Origin: an uncultured Christensenellaceae bacterium
Lineage (GTDB): Bacteria > Bacillota > Clostridia > Christensenellales > UBA3700
Length of the DNA: 64,000 nt
Reading direction: 5' to 3'
Assembly (NCBI GenBank): GCA_944381315.1
Contig: CALWKR010000031.1
Location: 410-64,409 of the forward strand
The stretch's first letter is position 1, and each line of letters opens with the position of its first letter. Positions 25,220-34,034 of the stretch are shown one piece after another. Both the position numbers and the translations under genes were made by a program. The notes under the pieces are model-generated. The model was given only the letters and a program-made list of their open reading frames with translations. It did no database searches and was not told the origin of the DNA.

Positions 25220-25983
25220 AGCACCACCTCCCCGAGCGCAAAGACGGGGCCGTCCTTGCAGACTCGCGCATAGCTCTCTCCGTCGCCGCGGCGAACGCGG
25301 CAGTTGCAGACAAGGCATGCGCCTATGCCGCAGCCCATGCGCTGTTCCAGCGAAATATAGACGGGAATGCCGCTGCCCTCGAATTTGTGGGCGAGAATCT
25401 TGTAGACTATCTCGGGACCGCAGCAAAAGATCTCGTCGGGAGCGTCCTTTGCCGCGAGCTCGGCGGCAATGTCGGTGACATAGCCCTTTTCGCCTGCGGT
25501 GCCGTTGTCGGTAGCGAGCACGACTTTCACGCCCTTGGCGGCGAGCTCGTCGGTCAAAACGACTTTGGACGCGTCCGAAAAGCCAAGACATATCGTGTAT
25601 TCTCTGTCCGGAAAAGCGGTGACTATCGCAGGGAGCACGGCGCTGCCCATGCCGCCGCCGATCAGCATTATCTTCTTGCCTGTCGGGCGGTAGCCGTTGC
25701 CGAGCGGAAAGAGGACGTCGAGCCTGTCTCCTGCGCGGACTGCCGCGATCTGCGCCGTTCCTTCGCCGACTACGGCGTAGCACAGAGTGATCGTCTTGGC
25801 GACAACGTCGAAGTCGCATATGCAGAACGGTCTGCGCAGCACATGCGCGCCGTCCGGTACGCGGACGTGCGCGAACTGTCCGCCGATCAGGTCGTCGGGC
25901 ATGTCGTCTGTCTGCAAGATCATCTTCATCACTCCGTCCGCGACGCGTTCGTTGGAGAGCACGACGGCGGAGCGGTCTTTCAT
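25216..25983 (-). CDS. pyrK: Dihydroorotate dehydrogenase B, electron-transfer subunit
   Basis: FAD/NAD-binding fold plus C-terminal 2Fe-2S cysteines (CGIGACLVCNC). ATG 25983 forms an ATGA overlap with the pyrF stop. Confidence 0.9.
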   Translation of the reverse strand: MKDRSAVVLSNERVADGVMKMILQTDDMPDDLIGGQFAHVRVPDGAHVLRRPFCICDFDVVAKTITLCYAVVGEGTAQIAAVRAGDRLDVLFPLGNGYRPTGKKIMLIGGGMGSAVLPAIVTAFPDREYTICLGFSDASKVVLTDELAAKGVKVVLATDNGTAGEKGYVTDIAAELAAKDAPDEIFCCGPEIVYKILAHKFEGSGIPVYISLEQRMGCGIGACLVCNCRVRRGDGESYARVCKDGPVFALGEVVL

Positions 25984-26882
25984 TTTATGCACTTGTTGAT
26001 GTCCTCACGCATCGCTATCGCCGCAAGCCTTGCCGCCTCGTCGGGGGCCTTGCCTGCGTATTGCGGTTTTTGATAAGCGGTCAGGATCGCCCTCGACGAG
26101 TTGACGATGCCGCCGATCCCGTCGCGGAAACAGACCGCGAGGTCTTGCGCCTTGCCGCCCTGTGCGCCGTAACCCGGGATCAGGAAGAACAAGCCGGGGT
26201 GAGCGTTGCGAATAGCTTCCGCCTGCGCCTTGTGCGTCGCTCCGACGACGGCGCCGACAGCGGAATAGCCGTACTTGCCGCGCAAGTCCGCGCCCCACTC
26301 GTCGACGAGGCAAGCCATGTTCTCGTAGAGAGTCTTGCCGTTGTCCATCAATCTGTCTTGCAGCTCTCCGCTGCTGGGGTTGGATGTCTTGACAAGGACG
26401 AAGATGCCGCGATCGTTCTTGGCACAGTCGGCGACAAAGGGCTTTACTCCGTCTGTGCCGAGGTAGCCGTTGACGGTCACGAAGTCGCTCTCGAACGGCG
26501 TGACCGCGCTGTCGGTCAGCACCGTCTCGCCGAGATAGGCGTTGCTGTATGCGGACGCGGTGCTGCCGATGTCGTTGCGCTTGACGTCGGCGATCGTGAA
26601 CAAGCCGTGCTGGCGCGCATAGGCGAGCGTGTCCGAGAAGGCTCTCATGCCTTCGACGCCGTACATCTCGTAGTAGGCGACCTGCACCTTGACCGCAGGG
26701 ACGACGTCCTTGATCGCGTCGATCAGCGCGAAGTTGAAGTCGGTGATGTACTTCGCCGCATCATAGAGCGTATCGCACTTGGCGCGGATTTCCTCGGGCA
26801 GATAGGCCACACAGGTATCCAAGCCCACGACCGAGGGGTTGTCAGTCTGTTTGATCTTGTCGATCAGTCTGTCGATGATCAT
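25980..26882 (-). CDS. pyrF: Orotidine 5'-phosphate decarboxylase (long type 2)
   Basis: 300 aa. VVGLD and DVKRNDIGST motifs characteristic of type 2 OMP decarboxylase. Confidence 0.9.
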   Translation of the reverse strand: MIIDRLIDKIKQTDNPSVVGLDTCVAYLPEEIRAKCDTLYDAAKYITDFNFALIDAIKDVVPAVKVQVAYYEMYGVEGMRAFSDTLAYARQHGLFTIADVKRNDIGSTASAYSNAYLGETVLTDSAVTPFESDFVTVNGYLGTDGVKPFVADCAKNDRGIFVLVKTSNPSSGELQDRLMDNGKTLYENMACLVDEWGADLRGKYGYSAVGAVVGATHKAQAEAIRNAHPGLFFLIPGYGAQGGKAQDLAVCFRDGIGGIVNSSRAILTAYQKPQYAGKAPDEAARLAAIAMREDINKCIK

Positions 26883-26897
26883 ATTATTTACCGTCCT

Positions 26898-28166
26898 TTA
26901 TGCTTTGCAAATGTTTCCGTCTTTGAATTTGATGTCGCCGTCCACCATGGTCATGCGCACCTTGCCCCAAACTTCTCTGCCCTTGAAAGGCGTATTCTTG
27001 CCCTTGGAGAAGAATTCGGACGGATCGATCTCGTACTTCGCGTTTAGGTCGACGAGCACGATGTCCGCAAGTCCGCCCTCCTTGATCTCTCCGCACGGGA
27101 TCCCGACGAGCGCGGCGGGCGACGACGTCATCAATTGCGACAGCTTTTCGAGCGTGATCGCGCCGCTCTTGACCAATGTCGTGTATGCGAGCGCGAACGA
27201 TGTTTCAAGTCCGCTGATGCCGTTGGCGGCGTCGGAAAGCGACAGCTTTTCGTGCGCGGCGTGCGGCGCGTGATCGGTGACGATCGCGTCGACGGTGCCG
27301 TCTTGGATGGCGCGGATGATCGCCTGTCTGTCACGCTCTTCGCGCAAAGGCGGATTGACCTTGCCCATCGGATCGCCGTCCGCAAGCAACTCGTCCGTCG
27401 CGGCGAAGTAGTGGGGGCAGGTCTCGCAGCTGACTTTGATGCCGGCGCGCTTGGCGTCCGCGATCATCCTCGCGCTGCCCTCTGTGCTTATGTGCGCGAT
27501 GTGCACCTTGGTATCGAGAGCGTCGGCAAGCACGATCTCGCGCGCGACCATGACTTCTTCACTCGCTCTCGTGATGCCGCGATAGCCTGCTTCGGACGCG
27601 ACGAAGCCCTCGTTCATCACCCCTCCGGCGACGAGCGAAAGGTCTTCGCAATGACTGATCAGCAATGCGTCGAACTGCTTGGCATATTCGAGCGCGACGC
27701 GCATGGTCTGCGCGTTCTCGACAGGTCTGCCATCGTCCGAAAACGCAACGGCTCCCGCCTCTTTGAGCTTGCCGAATTCCGCGATCTGCGCCCCCGCCTC
27801 GCCGACTGTGACCGCGGCGATCGGATATACCTTGGCAAGCCCTACTTCCGCAGCCCTGGTCTTGACATATTTGACTATGTACTTGTTGTCGATGACGGGC
27901 TTGGTGTTGGGCATGCAGCAGACAGACGCGAAGCCTCCTGCCACGGCGGCGCGCGAGCCGCTCTCGATGTCCTCTTTGTATTCCTGCCCCGGCTCGCGGA
28001 GATGGACGTGCATATCCACAAACGCAGGCAAAACCGCGAGTCCGTGCGCGTCTATGACGGTCGCGTCGGAGGACGGGGCGATCTTGCCCACCTTGGTTAT
28101 GCGGTCACCCTCGACCGCTATGTCTACCGTCTTGCCGAACAGATCGGCGCCTTTGATCAAGATCAT
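26898..28166 (-). CDS. pyrC: Dihydroorotase
   Basis: Start ATG 28166 (MILIKGADLF) forms an ATGA overlap with the pyrB stop. DMHVHLREPG metal motif. About 422 aa. Confidence 0.9.
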   Translation of the reverse strand: MILIKGADLFGKTVDIAVEGDRITKVGKIAPSSDATVIDAHGLAVLPAFVDMHVHLREPGQEYKEDIESGSRAAVAGGFASVCCMPNTKPVIDNKYIVKYVKTRAAEVGLAKVYPIAAVTVGEAGAQIAEFGKLKEAGAVAFSDDGRPVENAQTMRVALEYAKQFDALLISHCEDLSLVAGGVMNEGFVASEAGYRGITRASEEVMVAREIVLADALDTKVHIAHISTEGSARMIADAKRAGIKVSCETCPHYFAATDELLADGDPMGKVNPPLREERDRQAIIRAIQDGTVDAIVTDHAPHAAHEKLSLSDAANGISGLETSFALAYTTLVKSGAITLEKLSQLMTSSPAALVGIPCGEIKEGGLADIVLVDLNAKYEIDPSEFFSKGKNTPFKGREVWGKVRMTMVDGDIKFKDGNICKA

Positions 28167-29077
28167 TGTTTGCCTCCCAAGATCGCTTTGAGCAGCGCCA
28201 TACGCGTCGCGACTCCGTTGGCGACTTGTACGTCCTTGACGCAATAGTCCTTGTCGAGCACGTCGTAGGCAAGCTCCACGCCCCTGTTTACGGGACCCGG
28301 ATGCATGACGATCGCGCCCTTGTTGGCGAGTTTCATACGGCTGTCGTTTATGCCGAAGAACGCGCTGTATTCGCCGTAACTCGGGAACAGCCCCGTCTGC
28401 TGACGCTCGAGCTGTATGCGCAAGCCCAGCACGGCGTCCGTGCCGATGAAAGCCTCCTCGATCGTGCGGCATACGGTGCACTTCATCCTCTCGGCGCCGA
28501 TAGGCAGCATCGTCGGCGGCGCAAAGATCTTCACCTTGGCGCCCATCGTCGTGAGACTTTCCATATTGCTGCGCGCGACGCGGCTGTGCTTTATGTCGCC
28601 GATGATCGCGACCGTGAGCCCCTCGACTTTGCCGAAATGCTCCGCGATCGTGAACAGATCGAGCAGCGCCTGCGTGGGATGAGCGTGCAGACCGTCGCCT
28701 GCGTTTATGACGGGAATATCGACGCTGTCCGCAACGAGCTTGGGCGCGCCGGACACGGAATGACGGATCACTATCGCGTCCGTCCCCATCGCCTCGATCG
28801 TCTTGGCGGTGTCGACGAGCGACTCGCCTTTTTGCACGCTCGACGTCGCGACGTCAAGACTCGCCACCGTCGCGCCGAGATATTTGCAAGCGTCCTCAAA
28901 CGAAGTGCGCGTGCGCGTGCTGTTTTCGTAAAACATCGTGGCGATCATCTTGCCTTTGAGCTCGTCCGAGAACTTGTCGGCCGACAAGATGCGCCTCTTC
29001 ATCTCGAAGGCGGAATCGAGCAGCGCTTGGAGCTGCTGCTTGGTCACTCCCTTCATCTGTAAAAAATCGTTCAGCAT
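28163..29077 (-). CDS. pyrB: Aspartate carbamoyltransferase catalytic subunit
   Basis: 304 aa. STRTR carbamoyl-phosphate motif and HPTQ and HPGP motifs. Confidence 0.95.
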   Translation of the reverse strand: MLNDFLQMKGVTKQQLQALLDSAFEMKRRILSADKFSDELKGKMIATMFYENSTRTRTSFEDACKYLGATVASLDVATSSVQKGESLVDTAKTIEAMGTDAIVIRHSVSGAPKLVADSVDIPVINAGDGLHAHPTQALLDLFTIAEHFGKVEGLTVAIIGDIKHSRVARSNMESLTTMGAKVKIFAPPTMLPIGAERMKCTVCRTIEEAFIGTDAVLGLRIQLERQQTGLFPSYGEYSAFFGINDSRMKLANKGAIVMHPGPVNRGVELAYDVLDKDYCVKDVQVANGVATRMALLKAILGGKQ

Positions 29078-29286
29078 AGGCCTCTCCGAATGTCGTTTGT
29101 ATTATAATACCATATATGCGCGCAAAAATAAAGCGAAAGACGCCCGCGCCTCTCAATTGACAAAACTCGCGCACAAGCGCGCCGCATGTGCGATCTCCGA
29201 CGAAAAACTCAATACAGGTCGCGAAAAATCAAAAAATGCCGAACATAATATCCACGTTGCATTTTTCGCCTGCGAAAAAAATTTGC

Positions 29287-29314
29287 AAAAAAAGGGAGAG
29301 CCGAAGCTCTCCCC
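29287..29314 (-). terminator. Rho-independent terminator after gene 29332-29850
   Basis: Minus strand reads GGGGAGAGC-TTCG-GCTCTCCC followed by T7. Confidence 0.8.
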
Positions 29315-29331
29315 GATCGGCAACCCGAAGA

Positions 29332-29850
29332 TCACTTCCTGCTCCCGACGACCGCCGCCGCGCCGGCGACTATGCTGCCCGCCGTCGTGAGCCATGCGCC
29401 CACGGCAGGCTGACAAGTCGACTTGACGATATCGCCGACTTGCACGTCAAGATAACTCTGCGCGGCGACAAATGTGACTATGATCGCGACAATGCCGCAG
29501 ATCACCGCGAGCGCGCCGACGATCAACGAGATCGTGCCCAAGAGCTTGCTCTTCAACAGCGCTTTGAGTGCAAGCACGACAAGCCCGACGATCGCGACTA
29601 TCCCTGCGCACCAAGCAAACGCCTGCATGAGCACCGAGTTCTCGGGAGTGAGCTCGCCGAGGTCGTTGAGCTCCGCCCAATCTTGCAGCGTCATCCCCGA
29701 AGATTCTCCTCCCCCGATGATGGTGTCGGTCTTGACGACCGTCCAATCGAGGAACCAGCCCGTGACGGACAGCGCCACGCCGACGACGGCGACGACAAGC
29801 ATCGCGAGCGTCAGGACGGACAGCTTTTTCTTTGCCTTTTTCTTTGCCAT
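29332..29850 (-). CDS. Hypothetical polytopic membrane protein
   Basis: 172 aa. Lys-rich N-terminus and about 4 hydrophobic helices. Strong promoter and SD (AAGGAGG). Confidence 0.6.
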   Translation of the reverse strand: MAKKKAKKKLSVLTLAMLVVAVVGVALSVTGWFLDWTVVKTDTIIGGGESSGMTLQDWAELNDLGELTPENSVLMQAFAWCAGIVAIVGLVVLALKALLKSKLLGTISLIVGALAVICGIVAIIVTFVAAQSYLDVQVGDIVKSTCQPAVGAWLTTAGSIVAGAAAVVGSRK

Positions 29851-29917
29851 AAAATACCTCCTTGCAAATAGTGAGGCGGCAAAACCATACGGTCTTGCCG
29901 CCCAAATCTACTTTTTT

Positions 29918-29946
29918 ATTATAGCATTTTTTCCGCGAAGTGTCAA
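29918..29946 (-). promoter_or_regulatory. Sigma-A-type promoter (TTGACA-17-TGcTATAAT)
   Basis: Minus strand reads TTGACA (29941-29946), a 17-nt spacer, and TGCTATAAT (29918-29926). Confidence 0.7.
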
Positions 29947-30125
29947 TGCCGATATCGGTTCAAAGCTGTTCTTCGTTATTGCTTTGACGATCTCCCCCTC
30001 CCTCGCCGCATTATGCAAAATGCCCGAGCATCCGACATAGCTTTGATGATTTTGTCAAAGTTCTACGTCCGCTCGTCCTTTCGAGACGCCGATCTCGAGA
30101 GACGCGCCGTCCGAGACAGCGCGGA

Positions 30126-31208
30126 TCAGCGGCGCTTGCGCTTTTTGCGTTTGACTTCTCTTGCGTATTCGGGCGCGTCGAATCTGTCCCAATTCGTATC
30201 GCAGTCGGGCGCGAGCGGATAGTCCTTCTCGAAGTCGGCGACGTCGATCATCTTCAATCGTCCCTGCGCCTGCAAGTTGCGCGCGCGGTTGTATTTTGTG
30301 CACTTGCGCTTTTCGCCGTTGTCGTCGACGCGGTCGCATACGACATAGACGGCGGCGTCGGCAGGTCTGCGCGCATAGCCCATCCCTGCGGCGTCCAGCC
30401 TGCTCAGCGCGAGCATAGCCCTGTTGTAGTCAAAGCTCTCGATGTTGTCCGACAGGCATACCTTGGGCGCGTCTTCGCGGCGCTTGTTGATCTGCTCTGC
30501 GTATCTTGCGAACATCTCCGCGTTGCGGCTGCCACGCAGGCAGAAGTTCTCCTGCCCCGGCTTGAGCTTGCGATAGTGCGGACGCGGTGTCTTGTCGCGC
30601 GCGTCGCGCATCTCCTCGCCCTCATAGGCATAAAAGAAGTCCTTTGTCTTGCCCGAAAAGTCGGGATTGGCTGCGACGACGCCGTCCATATCCGTCTGCA
30701 AGTGCGCGCACAGCGCCTTGGCGACTTCCATCGTCATCTCGGCGTCTACGTCGCTGCGGTGCGCGTCGTGAGCGGGCTTTTGGCACCATTTTTCATAGGC
30801 GAGAGAGAGCTTGGTGACGTGCTTTTCGTTGCTCTCCTTTTGCTCCAAACGCTGGACGTCGAAAAACTTCAGCTCGAACGGCGGCAGATGATATCTCTCG
30901 CACTCGTCCAGCAGATATACGACGTCGGTCGCGACGTTGTAGCCTACGGCGACGGCGCCGTCAAGCAGCTCGAGCAGCCGAGGATAGATCTTGTCGAACT
31001 TGGGCTTGGCCTTGAAGATCTTCTTGTCGTATGCCATGATCTTCTTGACGACATACCAATCGAATTGGGCGTCGGGATCCATCAACAGATCCTCGCGCGG
31101 AGCGATGACGTTGAAGTTCTCGTCGGTGAGAACGTAGCCGAAGCTGAAGATCTTGCCCTTGCGATCAAAGCAATTGGCGCATTCTATGTCGAAAAACAGA
31201 TATTTCAT
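30126..31208 (-). CDS. DEDDh 3'-5' exonuclease domain protein with C-terminal extension
   Basis: 360 aa. ExoI motif FFDIE, ExoII-like VGYNVATDVVYL, and ExoIII motif HRSDVDA. A C-terminal region of about 170 aa ends in KRKKRKRR. Confidence 0.75.
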   Translation of the reverse strand: MKYLFFDIECANCFDRKGKIFSFGYVLTDENFNVIAPREDLLMDPDAQFDWYVVKKIMAYDKKIFKAKPKFDKIYPRLLELLDGAVAVGYNVATDVVYLLDECERYHLPPFELKFFDVQRLEQKESNEKHVTKLSLAYEKWCQKPAHDAHRSDVDAEMTMEVAKALCAHLQTDMDGVVAANPDFSGKTKDFFYAYEGEEMRDARDKTPRPHYRKLKPGQENFCLRGSRNAEMFARYAEQINKRREDAPKVCLSDNIESFDYNRAMLALSRLDAAGMGYARRPADAAVYVVCDRVDDNGEKRKCTKYNRARNLQAQGRLKMIDVADFEKDYPLAPDCDTNWDRFDAPEYAREVKRKKRKRR

Positions 31209-31238
31209 TGTCCTCCAAAATTGCGCCGCGCGCAGACG

Positions 31239-31267
31239 TTGCGCGCGCCGCCTCGATATGATATACT
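31239..31267 (+). promoter_or_regulatory. Sigma-A-type promoter placed 6 nt from the ATG (TTGCGC-17-TGaTATACT)
   Basis: TTGCGC (31239-31244), a 17-nt spacer, and TATACT (31262-31267) preceded by TG. ATG at 31274 with no SD. Confidence 0.55.
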
Positions 31268-31273
31268 CTTTTT

Positions 31274-32197
31274 ATGGCATCGTATTACACTCATTCCCGC
31301 TGCGCCGTGCGCGCGGCAAACGCCCTTCCACGCGACCTCGCCGCGATCACGGAAAGCCGCCGCGAAGTCTATCTCGCCGGCTGCCACGGCCCCGATCTGC
31401 TCTTTTATGTGTTCGGATCTTTTCGCGGTTACGCCAAAGAAGTCCACGAATGCGCCGTCTTTGAACAATTCCGCGCGCTGGTCGAGCTGTGCCGTTCTTC
31501 GGGCAGCGACGATCTCGTCGCCTATACTCTCGGCTATCTGTCGCACTATGCCGTGGACAGCAACTTTCACCCGTTCCAGATACACGACGCCGCGACGTAT
31601 ATGCCCAAGTTCTTCCCGAGCGAGCTGCGCTCCTCTTTCCATATGATGCAGGAAGCGGCGATCGACCGCATACTCTTCATGCGAGACAACGGCTCGGACG
31701 CAAAGTTCCGCGCCAAGGATTGGCTGCCCTACAACGACGCGTCGCGCACCGCATTCGCGACGGCGATGACCGAGATCGCAAAGCTGTTCGGCACGACGAT
31801 CCCGTTCGGCAAGCTCTTCGGCACACAAAAACGCATGGCGCTCTATCAAAGCATGTATGACACGCAGGCGTCGTCGGCGGTGATGAAAGGCGTGGGCGCG
31901 CTGATCGGCAAGCCCAACTATATCTACGGATTCGCGGTACCGCCGCTCGATCGCGGGATAGACTATCTGAACACGGAACGCAGACCGTATCCGAGCATAG
32001 GCGACGAAGAAAATTCGCCGCCGCTCGATCTGTCCGTGGACGCGATCTTGGAGAACGCGCACGTCTGCTTTTTGTGCCTTGCCGAAAAATTCAAAGCCGA
32101 ATTGGACGGCAATACGACATTTTCGCCGACCGACTTTGCCGTCAGCTTCGGCGGACGGCGCACGCGACAGGCGCGAACTTGGTCGGGCGGCAAATAA
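31274..32197 (+). CDS. Zinc-dependent phospholipase C-family protein (putative)
   Basis: 307 aa. N-terminus SYYTHSRCA and His-rich blocks (GCHGPD, LSHYAVDSNFHPF) resemble the family usually annotated as zinc-dependent phospholipase C in Firmicutes. Recalled from memory. Confidence 0.55.
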   Translation: MASYYTHSRCAVRAANALPRDLAAITESRREVYLAGCHGPDLLFYVFGSFRGYAKEVHECAVFEQFRALVELCRSSGSDDLVAYTLGYLSHYAVDSNFHPFQIHDAATYMPKFFPSELRSSFHMMQEAAIDRILFMRDNGSDAKFRAKDWLPYNDASRTAFATAMTEIAKLFGTTIPFGKLFGTQKRMALYQSMYDTQASSAVMKGVGALIGKPNYIYGFAVPPLDRGIDYLNTERRPYPSIGDEENSPPLDLSVDAILENAHVCFLCLAEKFKAELDGNTTFSPTDFAVSFGGRRTRQARTWSGGK

Positions 32198-32212
32198 CGA
32201 AATGACGCAAAT

Positions 32213-32245
32213 GGGGCAAGCGATCTGCTTGCCCCTTCTTTTTTA
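32213..32245 (+). terminator. Rho-independent terminator between convergent genes
   Basis: 9-bp stem GGGGCAAGC (32213-32221) / GCTTGCCCC (32227-32235), followed by TTCTTTTTT. Confidence 0.8.
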
Positions 32246-33133
32246 GGCCTGACGGAATTGCTTCGCGATCTCGCCGAGCTCCTTTTTGCCCTCTTCCGAA
32301 AGAGGCAGGAAGGGCTTGCGGCAGGGTCCCATCTCGATGCCGAGGCAGTCGAGGATGTACTTCTCTGACGCGAACACTCCGTACTTGATCAATACGGCGA
32401 TGATCTCGTTGACCTCGGTCTGGATCTCGCAAGCGCGCGCAACGTCGTTGGCGTGGAACGCCTTGTAGATCTCGATGTACTTCTCCGCCATGAAGTTGTA
32501 GGTGCTGCCGATGCCGCCGTCTGCGCCCATCGACAGTCCGCCGACGAACATCTCGTCAAAGCCGTTGTAGACGATCGGATTTGCCTTCATGGTCTTGAAC
32601 TGCTGCAAAGCGAACAAGTCCGCGGTCGTGTGCTTGATGCCGATGAATTTGTCGTTGTGCGCGAACATCTCCTCCGCGGTGCCCTTGTCGAGGTTGAAGC
32701 CGTTGGCTGCCGGGAAATTGTAGATGATCATCGGCAGACTCGTCGCCTCGGCGATGTCGTAGTAGTACTGCTTGCGCTGCTCGGGAGTGAAACCGTAGTA
32801 GTAGGGAGCGACCGCGCTGATCGCGTCGTAACCGAGCTTCTCGGCGGTCTTTGCCATCTCGATCGCGTGCGACGTGCAGATGGTGCCGACGTGCGCGATC
32901 ATCGTCGACTTGCCGTTGTTGGCGTCGGCGGCGTACTCGAACAGATCCTCTCTCTCCTCCTTGGTCAAGAGCAAGCCCTCGCCGGTGGAACCGCCCACAT
33001 AAAAGCCGTTGACTCCCTTGTCGAGGTTGTAACGGATGAGTTTTTGCACAGAATTTTTGTTGACCTTGTCGTCCTTGTCGAACGGGGTCAGAAGCGCGGG
33101 CAGAACGCCCTTGAACTTCTCCTTGTCGTACAT
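32243..33133 (-). CDS. nanA: N-acetylneuraminate lyase
   Basis: Start ATG 33133 (MYDKEKFKGVLPALLTPF). DapA/NanA fold with GGSTGE motif. Sits in an operon with nanE and nanK. Confidence 0.9.
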   Translation of the reverse strand: MYDKEKFKGVLPALLTPFDKDDKVNKNSVQKLIRYNLDKGVNGFYVGGSTGEGLLLTKEEREDLFEYAADANNGKSTMIAHVGTICTSHAIEMAKTAEKLGYDAISAVAPYYYGFTPEQRKQYYYDIAEATSLPMIIYNFPAANGFNLDKGTAEEMFAHNDKFIGIKHTTADLFALQQFKTMKANPIVYNGFDEMFVGGLSMGADGGIGSTYNFMAEKYIEIYKAFHANDVARACEIQTEVNEIIAVLIKYGVFASEKYILDCLGIEMGPCRKPFLPLSEEGKKELGEIAKQFRQA

Positions 33134-33161
33134 GATATGTTGCCTCCGAATAGAGTTTTGT

Positions 33162-34034
33162 TTATTGTCTTTCAAAGCTGCCGTTGAGCGCGGCATATGC
33201 CGCTCCGAGCGCTCCCGCTCTGTTGCCGAGCGACGCTTTCTTTATGCGATCGGCGAACACGGGTCCCAATTTTTTGGTGAAATCGTCCCACCATCTCGCT
33301 ATCTCTGTCACGCCGCCGCCTATGACGATGTAGGGAGCATATTCGCTCGCCTTGCGCACCGCGAAGCACAGCGCCTCTTCAAACGCGTCGATCTGTGCGC
33401 CGTAGGTCGCCTTGTCGGCAAAGACGGCGTCGAGATCGCTGTTGGCGCAGTCGCGGCGCATCGCGGTCGCGGACACATATTGCTCCAAACAGCCGAGCTT
33501 GCCGCACTTGCATCTGTGCCCTCCCGGCACATAGGTGACGTGTCCCAGTTTGATGTCCGTCACTCCGGTCGCGTCGAGCCTGTCGGCGGCGACTACCGCC
33601 GCTCCAAGCCCCGTGCCTATCGTAAGCACTGCCTCGTCGCTGTCGATGTGATCGCCGTTGTAATGCTCGGCGACCGCGGCGGCAGTGGCGTCGTTTATCA
33701 CACGCACGGGCATATCGAACTCCGCTTTGAGGAATCCTCGCAGATCAAAACCGCTGAAACCCGGCAGCGCCTCCGTCGCAAAGACGACTTTGCCGCTGTC
33801 CCAATCTACGGTGCCGGCGGTCGCGACGGCTATCGCGTCGCAGGAGCAACGCGCGAGCACGCTCTCGATCGACAAGAGGACGCTGCGCTTGATCGCCTCA
33901 AATCCCTGCGCCGCGCAAGTCGGAGCAAAGCCGTAGCCCTCCCACTTGTAGGACGAGAGCGGCGCGCCCTTTTGCGCCTCGACGAACAAGCTCTTGACGG
34001 TGGTGCCGCCTATGTCGATGCAGGCGAGTTTCAC
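33162..34034 (-). CDS. nanK: ROK-family sugar kinase (N-acetylmannosamine kinase-like)
   Basis: GTG start 34034 forms a GTGA overlap with the nanE stop. ATP motif CIDIGGTTVK. ROK zinc motif HRCKCGKLGCLE. Confidence 0.8.
   Translation of the reverse strand: MKLACIDIGGTTVKSLFVEAQKGAPLSSYKWEGYGFAPTCAAQGFEAIKRSVLLSIESVLARCSCDAIAVATAGTVDWDSGKVVFATEALPGFSGFDLRGFLKAEFDMPVRVINDATAAAVAEHYNGDHIDSDEAVLTIGTGLGAAVVAADRLDATGVTDIKLGHVTYVPGGHRCKCGKLGCLEQYVSATAMRRDCANSDLDAVFADKATYGAQIDAFEEALCFAVRKASEYAPYIVIGGGVTEIARWWDDFTKKLGPVFADRIKKASLGNRAGALGAAYAALNGSFERQ

Noticed and set aside
29078-29100. PyrR-binding site at the pyrB ribosome-binding site (UUCGGAGAGGCCU vs consensus UCCAGAGAGGCU)
   Set aside because: The match is only partial and coincides with an ordinary purine-rich SD. 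No pyrR gene is in the window, and I could not support any convincing anti-terminator architecture.
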